DNA of 64,000 nt from NCBI GenBank assembly GCA_041613315.1, contig JBFJHJ010000005.1, positions 1 to 64,000 on the forward strand, read 5' to 3'. A program made the position numbers and the translations under genes. Positions 60,049-64,000 of this stretch are shown piece by piece. The stretch is from Gemmatimonadales bacterium. GTDB lineage: Bacteria > Gemmatimonadota > Gemmatimonadetes > Gemmatimonadales > GWC2-71-9. The notes below the pieces were generated by a model. The model was not told the DNA's origin, did not search any database, and saw nothing but the letters and a program-made list of their open reading frames with translations. Numbering within the stretch: position 1 is the first letter of the stretch; the number at the start of each line of letters is the position of its first letter.

Positions 60049-60813
60049 ATGACCGCTTCGTCCGTGTCATGCCCGGCCTGTGGTGCGCCGGCGTCCGGCA
60101 AATTCTGCAACAGCTGCGGCGCCCCGCTCGCCGGCGCGGCCTGCCCCAACTGTGATGCGCCGTTGTCATCGGGCGCCCGGTTCTGTCACCAGTGCGGCAC
60201 GCCCCTCGGCGCGCGGCGCAGCCGGAGCCTGCCGCTGCCGTGGGTGGTGACCGGTGTCGCCATCGTCGCCCTCATCGCCGTGGCCGGCTTCGCCATCGGA
60301 CGCTCCGCGGGCACCGGCGCCACGGCGTCCGCCCCGTCGGCTGCCAGGGGCGGCGGCGGAATCGCACCGGCGTCCGACATCAGCCGGATGACCCCACGCG
60401 AGCAGGCGAACCGTCTCTTCGACCGGGTGATGAGCCTCGCGGAGCGGGGCATCACCGACTCCGTCACGTTCTTCAAGCCGATGGCGATCCAGGCGTACGC
60501 CCTGCTGGGCGCGCCGGACAACGACGCCCGATACGACCTCGGTATGATCCACGCGGTCACGGGCGACTACCCGAGCGCGCTTGCCCAGGCCGACTCGCTG
60601 GACGTCGCCGTGCCGGGCCATCTCCTCGCGAGCGTCATCCGACATGCGGTGGCGGAAGCGCGGAACGATCGCGACACCGCGCGCCGCGCGCAGCAGGCCT
60701 TCCTGCGCAGCTATGCCGAGGAGATCGCGCGCGAGCGCCCCGAGTACGGCGCACACCGGCCCACCCTCGAGGCCTTCGTGGCGGAGGCGCGTCGGGCGGT
60801 CGGCGGCACCTAA
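60049..60813 (+). CDS. Double zinc-ribbon membrane protein with helical C-terminal domain
   Basis: Four CxxC motifs, one TM, TPR-like helices. Confidence 0.82.
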   Translation: MTASSVSCPACGAPASGKFCNSCGAPLAGAACPNCDAPLSSGARFCHQCGTPLGARRSRSLPLPWVVTGVAIVALIAVAGFAIGRSAGTGATASAPSAARGGGGIAPASDISRMTPREQANRLFDRVMSLAERGITDSVTFFKPMAIQAYALLGAPDNDARYDLGMIHAVTGDYPSALAQADSLDVAVPGHLLASVIRHAVAEARNDRDTARRAQQAFLRSYAEEIARERPEYGAHRPTLEAFVAEARRAVGGT

Positions 60814-61664
60814 TGCCGACGATCCGGCTGGCCCACAGCCCCGATGCCGACGACGCGTTCATGTTCTACGCGCTCGCCGCGGGCAAGATCGGCACGGGCG
60901 ACCGCCGGTACGAGCATGAGCTTCAAGACATCGAGACGTTGAACCGGCGGGCGCTGGCCGGCGAGTTGGACGTCACGGCGGTCTCGATCCACGCCTACGC
61001 GTATCTCGCCGACCGCTATGCGCTCCTCCCGCACGGCGCGTCCATCGGCGACCGCTACGGGCCCCGACTGGTCGCCGGCCGCCCCCCACCCGAGGACGCC
61101 CGCCACGCGCTCCGCCAGATGCGGGTGGCGATTCCCGGAACGTACACCACCGCCGCCCTGGCCCTCCGGCTCTATGAGCCGGCGCTCAAGACCGAGGTGC
61201 TCCCGTTCGATACTATCGAGGACGCGGTCGCCCGCGGCGCCGTGGACGCCGGCGTCTTGATCCACGAGGGGCAGCTGACGTACGCGGAGCGCGGCCTCCA
61301 CCTTTGGACTGACTTGGGCGCCTGGTGGCACGACGAAACCGGCCTGCCGCTCCCGCTCGGGGGGAACGCCGTGCGGCGCGATCTGGGAGCAAAGCTGATC
61401 CGCCGGATCTCGCGCGACCTTCGGGCCAGCATCGTCTACGGGCTGGCCCACCGCGAGGAGGCGCTGGCCCACGCGCTGCAGTACGCCCGTGGGCTGGACC
61501 GAGCCACCGCGGATCGCTTCGTCGACATGTATGTCAACGCCTTCACCGTGGACTACGGTGAGCGCGGACGGCGAGCCGTGGCAGCCCTGCTCGACCGCGC
61601 CGCCGAGCGGGGCGTGATCCCGCACCGCGTGGACGTGGCGTTCGTGGACGACGGGGGCCCTTGA
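60813..61664 (+). CDS. mqnD: 1,4-dihydroxy-6-naphthoate synthase (futalosine pathway)
   Basis: HSPDADDAFMFY, DIETLN, IHEGQLTY, LPLPLG, MYVN. Confidence 0.9.
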   Translation: MPTIRLAHSPDADDAFMFYALAAGKIGTGDRRYEHELQDIETLNRRALAGELDVTAVSIHAYAYLADRYALLPHGASIGDRYGPRLVAGRPPPEDARHALRQMRVAIPGTYTTAALALRLYEPALKTEVLPFDTIEDAVARGAVDAGVLIHEGQLTYAERGLHLWTDLGAWWHDETGLPLPLGGNAVRRDLGAKLIRRISRDLRASIVYGLAHREEALAHALQYARGLDRATADRFVDMYVNAFTVDYGERGRRAVAALLDRAAERGVIPHRVDVAFVDDGGP

Positions 61665-61749
61665 CCAGGGTCCAGGGCGACGTTGCCAAGCGGCGCGGGC
61701 GGGTTATTCTAGACCGGTCGGATGGCTCGCGCAGACGATTCGAGCGGAG

Positions 61750-62838
61750 ATGATGACGACACCGAACGGCGAGACCGACACCCCCGTCCGCGTCCTGGTC
61801 GTGGACGACGAGGACGCCTTGCGGAATGCCCTATCCCGCTTCCTCACCGAGCGCGGGTACGAGGTCGCCCAGGCCAGGTCGGGCCGCGACGCCCTCGAAC
61901 AGCTCGGAGCCGAGAAGTTCGCGCTCATGCTGCTCGACATCCGCATGCCGGGTCTGAGTGGCATCGACGTCGTGCCCGAGGCGGTGGAGGCCGATCCCGA
62001 CTTGGCCATTCTGATGCTCACCGCGATGTCGGACGCCACGAGCGCCGCCGTCTGCATGCAGCGGGGCGCGATGGACTACCTCACGAAGCCAGTCGAGCTC
62101 AACGACCTCGCCAATGCGGTGGGCCGTGCGCTCAAGCGACGCGACACCCTGTTGCAGAATCGACAGATCTCGTCGTGGCTCAAGGAGGAGGTCCAGCGCC
62201 GAACCCGGGAGCTCGAGCGCGAGCGCCGTAAACAGCAGGAGCTCACCGTGGCGACGCTCGAGGCGCTCATCAACGCGCTGGAGGCGAAGAACGTGTACCT
62301 CGCCGGTCACTCGGCCCGCGTCGCCGCCCTGTGCGCCACGATCGCGCACGAGCTGGAACTAGCCGACGAAGACATCGACCAGATCCGCATGGCGGGTCGG
62401 TTGCACGACCTCGGCAAGATCGGGGTCCGGGAAGAAGTCCTCAACAAGGGTGGCCCGCTCACGGAAGAGGAATATCAGCACGTGCAGTCACACGTCACGA
62501 TCGGGGCGCAGATTCTGTCGCCGTTGACCCACCTGGGGCCGATCGTGGACTACGTGCGACACCACCACGAGCACTGGGACGGCAGCGGCTACCCCGACGG
62601 CCTGGCAGGCGAGAAAATCCCGATCGGCGCCCGCATCATCGGTGCCGGGGAGGTGTACGACGCGCTGAGCACGGCCCGCCCTTACCAGGACCAGTTGACG
62701 CCCGAAGAGGCCGTCGAACGGTTGCGGGCACTGGTGGGCAAGGTGATCGACCCCGGTGTCATGGAAGCCCTCGCCCGGGCCGTGGCCCGGCGCCAGACCT
62801 TGGTCTTCATCCACGACGATCACCCGGCGCGGGAATAA
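61750..62838 (+). CDS. Response regulator with HD-GYP phosphodiesterase domain
   Basis: REC domain; GHS.RV, LHDLGK, HHEHWDGSGYP. Confidence 0.93.
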   Translation: MMTTPNGETDTPVRVLVVDDEDALRNALSRFLTERGYEVAQARSGRDALEQLGAEKFALMLLDIRMPGLSGIDVVPEAVEADPDLAILMLTAMSDATSAAVCMQRGAMDYLTKPVELNDLANAVGRALKRRDTLLQNRQISSWLKEEVQRRTRELERERRKQQELTVATLEALINALEAKNVYLAGHSARVAALCATIAHELELADEDIDQIRMAGRLHDLGKIGVREEVLNKGGPLTEEEYQHVQSHVTIGAQILSPLTHLGPIVDYVRHHHEHWDGSGYPDGLAGEKIPIGARIIGAGEVYDALSTARPYQDQLTPEEAVERLRALVGKVIDPGVMEALARAVARRQTLVFIHDDHPARE

Positions 62839-62860
62839 CCGGCGCGGCGGCGCGGCGGCG

Positions 62861-63829
62861 GTGCTGGTCCTCGCCGCGTGCGCCCCCGGCGCCCGGTGGG
62901 TGGCGGTGGCTGGCGGGCCCGGGTCACAGCTCCTGGTGTTCTCCGCGAACCTGGACGTCGCCCAGGCCGCGACCGTCTCCTTCACCCCGCAGGACACGCT
63001 CACCGCGCTGACCTTCGCCGGCGACGGTCAGAGTCTCTATGTCGCCGCCGTGGACGGGGCGGGCGGCGTCCTCGTCCGGGTGGGACGCGGCGGCGGCGCG
63101 GAGACCCGGGTCTCGCTCCCCGTCACGCGGCCGCAGTTTGTCCATCTCGCGCCGCGCGCTACCGCCATCCTCTTGGGCACGGTCGCGACCGGGACGCCGT
63201 CCGGTGCCGGCACGCTCCGCATCGCACGGCCCCGTGATCTCGCGATCGCGGACTCGGTCGGCGTGTGTGTGGGCGCGCCAGTCGGGATCGCGGTCCACCC
63301 CGACGGCGACCGCGCCTATATCGCCTGCGAGGGCGACGAGGTGGTCGAAGTGGATCTCCGATTACGCACGGCGATCCGACGCGCCACTCCGGCGCCGGCG
63401 AGCGGGTGCCAGCTGCGCGGGCCCGCTCTGTCAGCCAACGGCACGGTGCTGTACGTCAGCTGCGCGGCGACGGGCCAACTCCTCCTGCTGGACCGGGTGA
63501 CCCTCACGCCCTTCGACGCGATGCCGGTAGGCCGCGGGATCGGCGCTCCGGTCGTACTACGCCGGCGGCTGCTCCTGCCGCGAGCCGAGGCCGACGAACT
63601 GGTGATCGTGGATCCCCGAGGACGCCAAGTGGTCGCGCGTCTCGCGGCGCCCCACCCCCTCGTGATCGCCGGCGTTGGTGCACGGGCCTACGTGCTCACG
63701 CGCGCACGCGCGCCTGAGCTCTTGACCATCGACGTGGACGCGGCCGTCATCAGGAACCGCACCCGGCTCCCGTTCCCAGCGACCCGTCTCGCCGTGTGGC
63801 CGACGGCAACCCCGGTCATGCGCTGGTAG
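62861..63829 (+). CDS. YncE-like beta-propeller protein, probable lipoprotein (start uncertain)
   Basis: LAAC; repeats GIAVHPDGDRAYIAC, LSANGTVLYVSC. Confidence 0.65.
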   Translation: MLVLAACAPGARWVAVAGGPGSQLLVFSANLDVAQAATVSFTPQDTLTALTFAGDGQSLYVAAVDGAGGVLVRVGRGGGAETRVSLPVTRPQFVHLAPRATAILLGTVATGTPSGAGTLRIARPRDLAIADSVGVCVGAPVGIAVHPDGDRAYIACEGDEVVEVDLRLRTAIRRATPAPASGCQLRGPALSANGTVLYVSCAATGQLLLLDRVTLTPFDAMPVGRGIGAPVVLRRRLLLPRAEADELVIVDPRGRQVVARLAAPHPLVIAGVGARAYVLTRARAPELLTIDVDAAVIRNRTRLPFPATRLAVWPTATPVMRW

Positions 63830-63849
63830 CGAACCCCCCGACCGAGCGT

Positions 63850-64000
63850 TCACTTCCACCGCTTGAGCCGCCCGAGCCGTGAAGTCGTGAGCGTCTCCGC
63901 CGCCGCACCCCGTGTCAGCACCAGCCGTGTGTTCGCGGCGCCCCAGCCCAGACCGGTGGGACCGATCCGGATCGTGCGCCGGCTCGCGCGGAGATCGACG
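63850..64000 (-). CDS. C-terminus of a gene truncated by window end (possibly FimT/GspH-like pseudopilin)
   Basis: Open frame ...IRIGPTGLGWGAANTRLVLTRGAAAETLTTSRLGRLKRWK*. Confidence 0.45.
   Translation of the reverse strand, partial: VDLRASRRTIRIGPTGLGWGAANTRLVLTRGAAAETLTTSRLGRLKRWK

Overview
High-GC bacterial chromosomal window. The gene content and several hypothetical protein families suggest Gemmatimonadota, which is an inference. About 1-33.6 kb is a low-oxygen respiration and stress island: a group 1 membrane-bound [NiFe] uptake hydrogenase with hypABFCDE, four universal stress proteins, a CBS protein, a B-family (ba3-type) heme-copper oxidase including an unannotated subunit IIa, two ZIP transporters, a DosS-like heme-GAF kinase / OmpR-type regulator / membrane kinase locus, c-type cytochromes, a porin and a clade II nosZ-nosB-nosDFY cluster. 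Nine promoters in this island carry the same 11-bp-periodic (T/C)T(C/A)A direct-repeat array, with the last half-site starting 16 nt before a -10-like hexamer. This points to one regulon linking H2 oxidation, N2O reduction and stress proteins. About 34.5-44.6 kb is a tryptophan-anthranilate-2-aminobenzoyl-CoA catabolic cluster that lacks kynB but carries a creatininase-family amidohydrolase. The remainder is housekeeping and signalling: PAS hybrid kinase, tRNA-Cys, a rhodanese-SufU pair behind a putative Cys-rich attenuator leader, MarR, deaminase, SRAP, an Omp85-like protein, HAD, glnA, mqnD and HD-GYP. No CRISPR array, rRNA, transposase or integrase was seen.
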